Assembly (NCBI GenBank): GCA_018398765.1
Contig: JAHBMJ010000199.1
Coordinates: forward strand, 1 to 55,219
Reading direction: 5' to 3'
DNA length: 55,219 bases
Source: Chromera velia
Lineage: Eukaryota
In this document: piece after piece, positions 31,311 through 41,868 of the stretch
How the letters are laid out: each line of letters starts with the position of its first letter
How positions within the stretch are numbered: the stretch's first letter is position 1
The notes under the pieces: model-generated
What the model was told of the DNA's origin: nothing
The model's input: the letters and a program-made list of their open reading frames with translations, nothing else
The model's database searches: none
Translations under genes and position numbers: made by a program

Positions 31311-32140
31311 TCCCTTATTCTCCATTTCTGTGCAACTTCATGTACTCGTTCTTGACCATCTTCGCCGGGTAATTGACCATTGTATTTGCTTAATTGATCT
31401 GTTGCCTTTTCTCTTTTGCTCCTGCCGTGTACCATTACATGCATAGGTGCGTAAATAAGTTTGTGGTTGCATGCGTGGTACATACAGGACGAAAGGGACG
31501 GACGAAAAGAATTCATTCAAAGTGTGTGTCTCATTCTTTGCACTCGGCAAGCGGTGGAGCGCCCCCCCGCTCTGTTTGTGGAACGACCGAACCGAACAAG
31601 ACGGCACCTGGGCAGGCTGGGCTGGGGTCGGGGGGAGGGTGGGGGCTGTATCATTCTTCCATTTGAGTCTTCAGGAATGCAGGGAGGGAGGAAGGAGAAC
31701 AAAGGTAAAGGTCGGTTTCCTTCCCTCCAGAAGCTGAATTCGTGGGTGCGTTTGCATAGATTGATCAGAGACGGCTTCATGCTGATTCAAATCCGCGGAA
31801 ATCTGGTGATCGTTGTAGAGAGCTACAGGTAGAGAGAATACAGGGTGCGAGAAAAAGAATTCAAAGAAAGCTTAAAACATGTTGAACGTGCGTATGAAAA
31901 TGCTTTCAAAAAGATCTCTGAACGGCTAGGTTAAACATTGATATAGAATTCATCTCATTAATTCAAATTAATGCTAGTGCGCGTCAAATAGCCCAACTAG
32001 GCAAGGATTCTACATATAAATATATATATTATATTTCGATTAATATATATATATATATATATAAACTAGCATGGGTAGTATTATAGTAAAATGAGACACT
32101 AGATGAGACACAGAGACAATATGTTTTTCAATATATTTTT

Positions 32141-32199
32141 CATTTGTCTCTGGTTTCAGAGACTCTAGGCTTAACCACAATTAAGTAAGTAAGTAAGTA
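32141..32199 (+). mobile_element. Retroposon-like 3' tail ending in (AAGT)n, copy 1
   Basis: CATTTGTCTCTG...TAGGCTTAACCACAAT.AAGTAAGTAAGT recurs at 32646-32701. Confidence 0.6.
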
Positions 32200-32237
32200 T
32201 ATTATATTCTCGTTTAGAAAATATATAGAGAAATATG

Positions 32238-32329
32238 TGAATGAATGAATGAATGAATGAAGTTGGCTTTGCTAGAGTGGAGCCGTGCTCCCAGCAGCCC
32301 ATGTTCATGCAAGAGATCGTCAATCACTC

Positions 32330-32330
<1 letters not shown>
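32238..32330 (-). mobile_element. Retroposon 3' tail, hairpin plus (TTCA)n family
   Basis: The reverse complement matches 39316-39401 over ~85 bp; hairpin at 32279-32291. Confidence 0.7.
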
Positions 32331-32412
<82 letters not shown>

Positions 32413-32415
<3 letters not shown>

Positions 32416-32453
32416 GATAGGATTGGATAGGATAGGATTAATGTCTGGAGGAT
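32413..32453 (-). mobile_element. Extreme 3' end of the LINE family seen at 9082-10676
   Basis: The reverse complement ATCCTCCAGACATTAATCCTA matches 10643-10663 (ATCCTCCGGACATTAATCCTA, 20/21) and is followed by an (ATCCT)n tail. Confidence 0.75.
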
Positions 32454-32645
32454 ATATTATATTAATCGAAGCTTGTTTAAAATTGAAATGAGTACATGCA
32501 CGTCTTAGCGCGTCTTGTGTAGTCGTTCAGCTTAGCTTTAGTTTTAGTCTAGGCTCTGAAGGGTCGTGGTTATTCATGTTTATGCGGAAGCAGGCTAAGC
32601 TCCGGCGGCTTGCTCCTTTTGTTTACAACTGCATGCATGGGTTGC

Positions 32646-32701
32646 CATTTGTCTCTGATTTCGAAGACCTTAGGCTTAACCACAATCAAGTAAGTAAGTA
32701 A
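32646..32701 (+). mobile_element. Retroposon-like 3' tail ending in (AAGT)n, copy 2
   Basis: Direct repeat of 32141-32199. Confidence 0.6.
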
Positions 32702-33846
32702 TTACATTATATAATCCAGGCCTAGCAAGTGAAAGTGGAAGTCTTGATTTCTAAAGTGAAATCAATGTTACTTTAGTTTCAAGTTTAGAAAACAATCAAA
32801 ACATATATAAATGTTATTCTAGATATTATTATGTTAGTTAGTTATAAAAAAGATTTTAGAATTACGGTTCGATTACCCTAGCCGATTACCCTTAGTTATG
32901 TGATAATTCGAGAAAACACCGTCACTGGCTAGGTCAATGGCCCATCGACTCTGCGCCTAGGTCTACGCCACACACCGGCAATCATCATACTCAATGAATA
33001 AAGGAATTGAGGCAGTTAAAGCCGGTGAGCACACCACTTGGGGCCGTCTTGGGCTCTGGCCACCTGCGGGACATAATTGTCACAAAGAGTCTGAAGGATT
33101 CTAGCTCAAATTGAGCGGAAGCCTTGTCTCGTAAAATTAAAGCGAGCTGGTCAAAGTTGTCATTTGAAAGACCGAGACGAAATGACAAGATTGGGCGAGT
33201 GCTTTTCGGTTCTTGTATGTTCCCTCGTGCTAGATCGAGCCCATCATATCTTTTCTCTGCATCGTTCTGTCTCTACCTCCCTTACTCCCTCACTCCCTTC
33301 CTCCATCCCTTCATTCCTTCCTTCGTTCGTTCAATCTTTCCCTCCTAAGGCTTACTAAGGCTTCAGAATCAAAGTTCAGATGAATGAAAGTTCCCTGCAG
33401 AAATAAAAGAAATCCCCCCTCCTTCTCTCTCTTTCGTACATGAGGCTTCTCGTATGCATGTCGTACGTCGGATATGACACTAATCGATACTAATCGGCCG
33501 TCTGCCTTCGTCTTTTTTCAGACTGAGACTCGAGTCTCTTTATAAAGGTCAAGCCCCTTCTACTATGTATCTTGTCTCAAGTCATGTCAGCTTCGACTGA
33601 AAAGCCGGCAGCAATTTTCAACGCGCACCACCCCACATAACAATGCCCAGACTTCTGCATACACGAATTGCCGCTGGGCACTCTCGAGATAAGTGCCGAA
33701 TCGACCCCCAACAATGCACTTACCACCATGTGTGCATGCCCGTGCTTCACAGATGTGTCAGAGACATGGACATGGATATCCTCGCCCGAACCAAAGCAGA
33801 CAGTAGCCAAGAGTAGACGGTTGAAGATGCATATGAAGAAGTTGGC

Positions 33847-34206
33847 TCACGCGCAAGTGATGCTTGCGAAGCAATCACAGGCCCCGTGGTTTTCTGGATT
33901 GCAAATAGTCCCAGACGAGATGACCTTTGTCACTCTTTCCGAGCAAGGACCTTCCTTCAGAAAACTGGAGGCAAACGATGATGATCCGTTCCGACGTCTG
34001 CAATAAGCGTCAGCCGCACTCTGTCCACAGCCAGCCGCCCAGCGGTAACACCAGTCGAGCCTAATCCCGTCGACTCGAGGGCGGGTGATGTACTGGAGAG
34101 AGCGCTTGGGTGCCTCTGAAACTTCTGAGGCCACTGGAGCCGTCATCCCAGTTGCATGCAAACAGATCGCAAAGAGGGTAAAGAACTGTACAACCCAGCA
34201 AGACAT
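33847..34206 (-). CDS. Small secreted cysteine-rich protein, 119 aa, apparently intronless
   Basis: Hydrophobic signal-peptide-like N-terminus followed by a compact domain PRVDGIRLDWCYRWAAGCGQSAADAYC...ICNPENHGACDCFASITC with 8 Cys. Confidence 0.8.
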   Translation of the reverse strand: MSCWVVQFFTLFAICLHATGMTAPVASEVSEAPKRSLQYITRPRVDGIRLDWCYRWAAGCGQSAADAYCRRRNGSSSFASSFLKEGPCSERVTKVISSGTICNPENHGACDCFASITCA

Positions 34207-34424
34207 TCTTCAATGAATCTTGAGACTTGTGATCTGGCTGGATTAGACACGTGGGCTCAGTGCACACAGATCTGAATGTGGAGGAGAGGTCCTGACAATT
34301 GATGACAGTCACAATGTCACTCGGGAGCTGTAGCCACTAAGGAGTTGAAGCAGATTGAACTTGACTGATAATAATTCATTTTCTTTCCTCAAGTCAAAAT
34401 TTTCTTTCATGAAATCATATTGCA

Positions 34425-35625
34425 TTTTTTTTTTTTTTTAATATATATTTTACGGGATGCACCCAACCACTTGGGTGAGTGCCTCGGGGGGGTCCGCTAA
34501 TGATGATTGAGGTTTTTGTTATTATTTGTTATGCATGCTGCGATCCGCTAATTGATGCACACCATCTGGGGCTTGGGCATGTCTAAGTTGTGTGCTGCAA
34601 TGCGGCGGGGGCCACGGCAGCGAAGTATGCTTTTCGGGACCGCGCGCGCGTCATATATCTCTTTAGTGTCTCTCTGGTCCTTTGTCAGGCCAGTATGCAT
34701 CTTACCTAGGCATAGGTCCTGTCCGTCTATTATGGCTAATCTGTTACAATCGCAAGCCCCTCAGACTAGGCCGCTGCACCTAGCTTATACTACTCCACGG
34801 TGGATAAAAATTAATACCTTTCATTCTCCATATGTTCACGTAGTTAACTTTGTCTATTTATGGATAAGCGTTGTGGTCTTCCTTTTCCCTTCCCTAACTT
34901 CTTCTTCAATAGGTTCCTTAGTCAGTTAAAAAAAATTGTTTCTTCTCAACATTTCTTTATTAAACCTTTTCTTTACATCCATAAATTCTTTTGCACGTTT
35001 AGCGGCTTTTAGTTCTTTTGTCATGTTTCTTCAATCTGATGTTGTCTGGCTCTTCTCTCCGTTTGTATCTTTTCTATCTCTTAAACATCAAAGTGGTTTT
35101 TCTCTTTCTTTCAATTCTCTTGCAAGCGCCCCTGCTGGCTCCCCCCTCTTCTTTTACTCTTTTTTCTCTGCAAGGCCCACGTAGGCTGAAAACTCCTTCC
35201 CAAGCAGCATCTCTATAACCTGTGTACCGCGTGCACCGCGGCTTGCCTGAACAGATGCTAAAATTGTAGATGCTGCTACTTTCTGAACCGCTACTGACAA
35301 CGTTTTCCACCACCTGTCAGCAATTTTCTGACGTGCTAACGCATCATTCATCTTCCCCAACCTTTCTGTAACCTGTTTCACCATCTCTTTCACGAACCTC
35401 ACTATCCCCCCCCCAGGCCTTCCGTAGGTCTCAAAAACCAAAGGGATAAAACGAATGCCCACAGCTCTGCAGACATCATCATAGTGGGTGTGTTTCTTCC
35501 CCTCCTTCTCTCTAGCTGTAACCCCTACTTTCTTGGCGTTTCTGTGCAGGCGGGTTGTATCCTGGATTGGGTGGATCAGAGCCACATCCCCTAGAACGGA
35601 GTCCCCATTTGGCATCATCGTATAT
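34425..35625 (-). mobile_element. 5'-truncated non-LTR retrotransposon with restriction-like endonuclease (CRE-like clade)
   Basis: ORF segment ~35620-35154: VLGDVALIHP...REKEGKKHTHY...RFIPLVFETYG...LSVAVQK, the RLE C-terminal pattern; ~700-nt 3' UTR; hairpin CACCCAA-N4-TTGGGTG at 34460-34477; poly(A) tail seen as T15 at 34425-34439. Confidence 0.85.
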
Positions 35626-35939
35626 GCATGTGCAACTTTGTGTAAGTTACTTAAGGGGCACGCATGCGTAAAGTAATTAAGGCATGCATGTATGATCGCG
35701 GCTCCGTTCGAGTTGCTTGAGGGACACATTTTAAAACTTGGGCGACACTGACCGTGACGGAGATAGAACCGATCCCCCCCCAAAAATGAAAAAATGCGTT
35801 ATGCGAGTGTGTGCGATCTCAGGGCCTCTCGGCTGATCTCAGCAGAGCTGAGCTGCCCCCCGAGGCGATTTTGTGGTCGTTTTTGTTAGATGCAAATAAA
35901 TGCTAGGCCTGCCTAGGGGCCTAAGCCTAGTCATATTGC

Positions 35940-36030
35940 ATGCATTGAATGCGCGGGGGTCGCTGCGTGCGCCTCGCGGCTCGGATCGCCGCGCGCGCGC
36001 CCCCGCGCGTGCATGTACGGCCGCTGCCAC
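35940..36030. promoter_or_regulatory. CpG-rich island upstream of the 467-aa ORF
   Basis: GCGCGC-rich block bracketed by TGCATG motifs, ~200 bp upstream of the ATG at 36230. Confidence 0.55.
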
Positions 36031-36229
36031 GCTCGAAGCGGTTGACTTGCCACGTGAAGCACTGTTGAAGCACATTCAAGCCCGACAAAGCAACGACGCC
36101 TCAAACAGCAGTCGCCGTGAGTTGCTTGTGTGGGAATGTGCTATAGGGAGAACCTGTTCGAAACGTTTGAGCCAGGCAGTGTGAGTTGACACGTCTCTCG
36201 ATCTAGCTCTCCTACGTGCACTTAATTCA

Positions 36230-37633
36230 ATGATGGGGGCCCGATGCACCAGAGACATTAATACGGAGCCGAAAGACGCAGACGGAAAGACCCTACGGGC
36301 TGCCGTCGTGAGTCTGGCCAAAGCTGCGAGTGAGCTAGAAGCTTTCCTCTTGGCCAGCAGGGAAGATGTGGAAGGTGATGAGTTGAGCAAGAGGGCGCAG
36401 ATTGAAACGCCCAGGACAGATGTTGCCCTTCAAGAGGAGACGGAGGAATATCTTCGTCAGGCAGTTAGAGAGGCTTTGGAGACTTTCAAAGAGGCCTCAG
36501 TTGACGACGGTAAGATTGTTGACTTCTCTGCCACAGAGAAGCTGAAGGAGGACGAGAGAAGGCAGGTTGTTGCTGAGCTGTGTCTGGCTCTGCTCAGATC
36601 CGCTGCCTATTGTGCGGTTGGCCCCCACGATGGCATTTCTCTTCTGCACATGGCAAGTTACCTTGTGTGCTCTGTGGGTGCTGATGAGAACCTTTTGACC
36701 CGACAGAATGCCGAACTTGGCTCTGTGGGTGCTGATGAGAACCTTTTGACCGGACAGAATGCCGAACTTGGCTCTGTGGGTGCTGATGAGAACCTTTTGA
36801 CCCGACAGAATGCCGAACTTGTGCTAAAGTTTATTGAGAATATTGCAGTTCGCACAGTGCCTGAGTTGGCGGTGGAGTTGTTGGTTGGATCGTCAGATCA
36901 GACATTGTGTCCTCCCTCCATGACTTTTCTGTCCCGACACCTCGACCTCCTCGCATCATGGAGAAAGACCCACCCCCGTGTGATGCACATGATCACGTTG
37001 GGGAACGGAATGTTGCGTGAGCTCTTGCTGATGCTCGTTGACGAGGAGATCTTATTCCTCCACTGGGATGAGACGAAGGGCGGGTTTGATTTTGGGCAGA
37101 GGGTCAGATGGAGGGGGTTGTTCTCAAATGCGGACATGCGACTGCAGGCTCAGCAGTTCTTCCCGTCCCAGATGAGACCGGGCGGATTCATGGAGATGAT
37201 GTGTTGGACTGCGGTGAAACAGCCGCAGCACCTTTCGGGTGCTCAGCTGATGCGGTCTGCGCACCGCGTGTGGGGAGAGGGTATTCCCAACGACATCGCG
37301 TCTTTTGAGGAATGCGGGAAGGTGGTCGTGTTCTTCAAAGGAGCCGTCGAAAGAATCGAGAACGGAGCCCACACATTCCCCGCCATTCGCTCGTTGGCAG
37401 AGGCCGTGGGGTCTCCCCTGAACGAGAAGGCTCTCGTCTCTCTGAAGGGTCGGATGGTCGAGGCAAGCGATGAGGTGTTCGCTAGCTCGTTGGAACATCA
37501 GATGGAGAGGGGGGGGTCGGACGACCTTCTGAAACCGTTGGTTGATATGGCAAGGAAGGCGGCCAGGCTGCAGGGGGGGGTTCGAGGAAAGATTGTTCAC
37601 GTCGTGCAGTCGTCTGATGTTGACCTCGCTTGA
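36230..37633 (+). CDS. Hypothetical protein, 467 aa, single long ORF
   Basis: Uninterrupted non-low-complexity ORF with helical-type composition, downstream of a CpG island. No family recognised. Confidence 0.75.
   Translation: MMGARCTRDINTEPKDADGKTLRAAVVSLAKAASELEAFLLASREDVEGDELSKRAQIETPRTDVALQEETEEYLRQAVREALETFKEASVDDGKIVDFSATEKLKEDERRQVVAELCLALLRSAAYCAVGPHDGISLLHMASYLVCSVGADENLLTRQNAELGSVGADENLLTGQNAELGSVGADENLLTRQNAELVLKFIENIAVRTVPELAVELLVGSSDQTLCPPSMTFLSRHLDLLASWRKTHPRVMHMITLGNGMLRELLLMLVDEEILFLHWDETKGGFDFGQRVRWRGLFSNADMRLQAQQFFPSQMRPGGFMEMMCWTAVKQPQHLSGAQLMRSAHRVWGEGIPNDIASFEECGKVVVFFKGAVERIENGAHTFPAIRSLAEAVGSPLNEKALVSLKGRMVEASDEVFASSLEHQMERGGSDDLLKPLVDMARKAARLQGGVRGKIVHVVQSSDVDLA
36670..36820 (+). 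repeat. In-frame 51-bp tandem triplication (SVGADENLLT[R/G]QNAEL[G])
   Basis: Three near-identical units with one internal substitution (CGA/GGA). Confidence 0.95.
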
Positions 37634-39315
37634 TTGATTCAGGGAGGGGGTGTTTGGTTTGACGACTGACGCTGCTGAGGGGGTGTTGTGTGATTAGGAT
37701 GTGCTGCTGCGTACTGTTGGGATCTGCATGCAACATTAAAGTTCAAGGAGGTGCTGGCTATGTACATATCTATATGGAGGGAGGGAGAGAAAGAGAGAGA
37801 GAGGTTCCGATCGAGTCATTTACTGCTTGACCGCTCCTTACGTTGTCCTTCCCCCCTTCGTTTCTTCCTTCCCCTAGTCCCTTCCTCTCTGCATGTATGC
37901 ATGCAACAGTCAAGCGAAGAGAAGATTTGGGGGTGGGGGGGGATTCCTGCGACCCGGAGGAATGAAAATGAAACAAGAGAGAAAACAAGCGTGCACAAGA
38001 GAGAGAAGGGGGGGGGAAGAGAGAAAGCAAAAAATGAAGTAGAAAAGAAATGAGCGTACTGGCTCAGGACAGGTCAAGACTGCGACTGCAGGAAGGAAGG
38101 AAGGAAGGAATGGGTGTTTTGGGTACCTTCTTTTTTATCCCCACAGGTACAATCTGTCTGTTTTTGTTGTCTGTGAGTGGTCAAAGAGTGTGTGTACGAG
38201 TTACGATAGAGTTGGGTTGAGATTATTCATACTGTATGTATGGATGCGTGGATGCGAATGGTATGGTATCGGTGCGCGTGTTTTATTCGAGCCGACAGGT
38301 CGCTTACAGCTGACTGTCTCCATTGTCTGCAAGAAGGAGGAAAGGAAGGAGAGGTAAGCAGCAGTTTGAGAAAAGTTCGGTGATCGCGAGGAAAGATATA
38401 GTCATGCAGACCTGAGGGATCTTCTTTAAGCTAAGTCAGCAGGGATTGCAATGATGCTTCCTCCTGCCAGCCAAGTTTTTGAGTGACGAGTGATGTTCAC
38501 CTTTTTCATTCTTGTTTCTTTTCTGAGCCTTGTTGTGCTGCTACGTGTGTCACACTCGTTCCTTCTTTTATGACATCGCGGTCTTGTTGCTGTTGGTGCT
38601 ACGTGATTCATGCTAAGCTTTGGCTGACCTCAGCGACTCTCGATGGATTTGGGCACGCGGGCGGCAAGGATGCAACTGAGGTAAGGAAACGGTACGAACG
38701 AGTCGACATCTCTGATCGAGTCTGTCCTGAGTTGTTATGTCTGTGTGTGTACGTGCAAGCCTGTGTGTCGTGTTTTTGACGATGAGCCTGTCCCGAATTG
38801 TGTTGGGTTCCGCCGGTTGTTTTTTTCGAACTGACTTGACGTTTGATTGCCGATCAGATTGAGTGCTATTTGGGACGGGTGCGTGCGTGTTCGATTTCAA
38901 ATCTTTTCTGCTGGAACGTGCATGACTCCGAACCTAGCTCCGAACGTTTTTTCTACCGTGGTTAGGTGTTGCTGCTGTGTGAGCTAGTGTGTGAGCTGTT
39001 TTTAATTATTATTCAGTAAGTCCTCTTTAATACTCATCATGGCTAGTGAGATATGACTCCCCACTGTGATTAGCAAAGATACTAAGAAAATGATCTTCTC
39101 TAAATTCTAGTCTAAATTACTACAAAATTCGTTCTTCTAAATTCCTTTAGATTCCTCTAGATTCTAACTCTTTAAATTACTCTAAATTCTTAATTGTCTA
39201 AATTCTTAATTGTTTTAATGACATTCTTCTAAATTTTTAGGCAACGCGCATGCTGCTCGTGAGCTCACCAAGCAAGCACTTCAGGGGATCTCGTGTTTAG
39301 CCTTATCTCTAGAGT

Positions 39316-39401
39316 TGAGTGATTGATGATTTCTGGCATAAACATGGGCTGCTGGGAGCACAGCTCCACTCTAGCAAAGCCAACTTCATTCATTCATTCA
39401 C
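39316..39401 (+). mobile_element. Retroposon 3' tail, hairpin plus (TTCA)n family
   Basis: Inverted copy of 32238-32330; hairpin GGAGC-ACA-GCTCC at 39355-39367. Confidence 0.7.
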
Positions 39402-41811
39402 GTAAAAAAAATAAATAAGTAAATTTAGGCTAAAACCTGAATTACTAGTAGTTTTTTTATTTTTTTAATATAATAATTTTTTATTTTTGTGCGTCAGCCG
39501 GGCTTTGAGCTTCGTATTTGAAGTGTCTGGTTCAAAAAAATAAATTAAAAAAAAAAGTAAAAGTGATTTTGGGCAATTATAACTTTTTTTATTTTCTTAC
39601 GTATAGGGAGCCTAGCTAAATTTCTTGGTCTTAATTTGCGGTCTGGAAAAATAAGTTTTAGAATCGAAAGTGATTTTGAAAATGTTTTTTCCTTTTGGGA
39701 GCACTTGCAATAAAAAAATAATATTAAAAAAAATTAATGACACATCTATTTTTTTTTTCTATTTACGGCGCCTAGATCGGACTAAATCGGACAGTATATT
39801 CTATAATTTTTCATATTTTCTTACCTACCGATAAAACCATCTATACTTTAACCTAGACTTTGACATAGCATGGCATAGCATAGCATAGGCTACATAGTAT
39901 TGATGTATATTGATGTTCTGGGTTTTGCATAATTAAAAATGTATACACAGATAAGATTTAATCTAGGGTTCAATACCTACAAAATCGTGCACACATGCAG
40001 CCTGAGGGACATTGCCCTCGAGATTTAATGAATCTAGGGGCATTCAAAGAAGAAACAGCCAGTAAATCATTCACAACCCCCCCCAACAGTTTTTTTCTGC
40101 TCGATTCTGCTCTTGTCTCAATTGATCTCATCAGAGCGAAAGCCATGGATCAGGGTGCCAAAAAGAAAAGTACGATCGGTATAAGCAACGGAAGGAACAA
40201 CTGCAATTAGAAATATCGGAGGACAGATCCCCTTCTCCCTCCAGCTCAGTTTTCCTTCTTCTCTTCTCTTCTCTTCTCTTTTCTTCTCTTCTCTTCTCTT
40301 CTCTTCTCTTCTTTTTGAAGACACGGCAGAGAAAGTATGCCAAGTTGTTTGCTTAACCTGCATAAAACGATGCAACAAAAGGAAGGGGAAGGTTCTACCA
40401 TTATTATGAAGCACAACAGCCTCCAAGATACATGTGGAGAACCTGGCTCCCCGAATCCCTCAATTTGACCTATATATATACCTTCACTTGCATGCAATCT
40501 CCTATCTAATCCCCCATGCAACCACCTCTTTCCCACTTTCCTTCTCTCTAGCCCCTCACTCTAGAAAAAACCCTCTCAGGCACTCTTGCGACTTCAACGA
40601 TGACATCTATCTGTACAGACATATGTAGATCTGGTATGGATGGTAATATTAATATAACATGCACTTATGAGTTAAATGTAAAAATCTTTCGGGGCCTCTT
40701 TGGTTGTTCATGCATGTGGATGTCGCCTCGGAGGGCAAAGCAGACGGACTTACCACACGTACTCTTGAGAGGTGTGTATCTCTATTTTTGTGACAAAACA
40801 ACGTAACATTTTTTCTGCCGGAACGCGTAGGGGGTCTGAACTAAACAGATACCGAGGCCCTGGGCCCCGGCATCCTTTATACATGACTTCAAAATATTAA
40901 ATTATTAATACGATGTTTCTGAACAGTTACTATAGTCTTCTTTTCACTTCTCACATGCTTATTAAAGGGGTCGATCGAAAAGCGGAGTTTTTTTATGGCA
41001 GAAAAAGGTTCCTTGTCATGGAGCCGTCTGACAGACTTTGCATCAGAAAGACAAACATTTTCACTGAAATTATCAATATAATACCGATATACTCCAAGAG
41101 TAGTTGAGTAAGTTCTGTGAGTTCTTCCCTCATGCCCTGAATAATTTCAAAGGGCTCAAAAAAAGAGAATAACCAGTGGACCTTCGTACCTAATGAAATC
41201 TCTGTTTGTCTGAGTGATCCAAAGAACACCTAACTATAAATTTGATTTCAATGTGCGTGGAATCGGGTTTTTCTTCCCCGCCAAGTATTACCCTCGACTT
41301 CTGTAGTCGCACTTCTGTAGTCGCCCCTCACCGCCGCCTAGCATTGCCACCCCCGACCGCCCGGGGCGCTTCCCCACCAAGTATTATTACCCTCGGCAGC
41401 ACGTACACGTATACACGCTTCCACCACATCTGATCTTCACATTCGTAAACAGGATTATCATAGTATTAGAGGGCGCCGGAAGGCAGTAGATTAGAAAGTG
41501 AAGACGGCGCCAATGCAAAAATTCTAAGAGGGACAGACAAACTCATTCTGACAAATCCCCGTTCTTCAAACTCTTACGCAGTTTCACCGTTTCCTTTTTC
41601 TCTCGTTTCTCTTTCACGTTGCCTTGAAGTTCGTTTCCCTTGAAGCGAGATGGAAAAACAAAGCGTCTCCCATACCTCCGTGGTCTTAAAACAAAGACGC
41701 AGATCGAACACCACCAACAACAAAGTGATTAAAAAGAAAAAGTTGGAACCGGCGGAAGGAAAGAGGTAGCCAACTCTGTTTCCCAACTTCGTTTCACCTT
41801 CTCTTTCTCTC

Positions 41812-41868
<57 letters not shown>

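Noticed and set aside
31090..31388. Possible minus-strand exons (31161-31090, FTQWMRSFLATH...; QLSKYNG near 31340-31388)
   Set aside because: Splice-like boundaries exist, but I could not assemble a coherent gene or recognise a domain.
36670..36820. Hammerhead ribozyme, suggested by CTGATGAG in each 51-bp unit
   Set aside because: No GAAA core after a stem II and no flanking helices; the motif is simply Ala-Asp-Glu codons.
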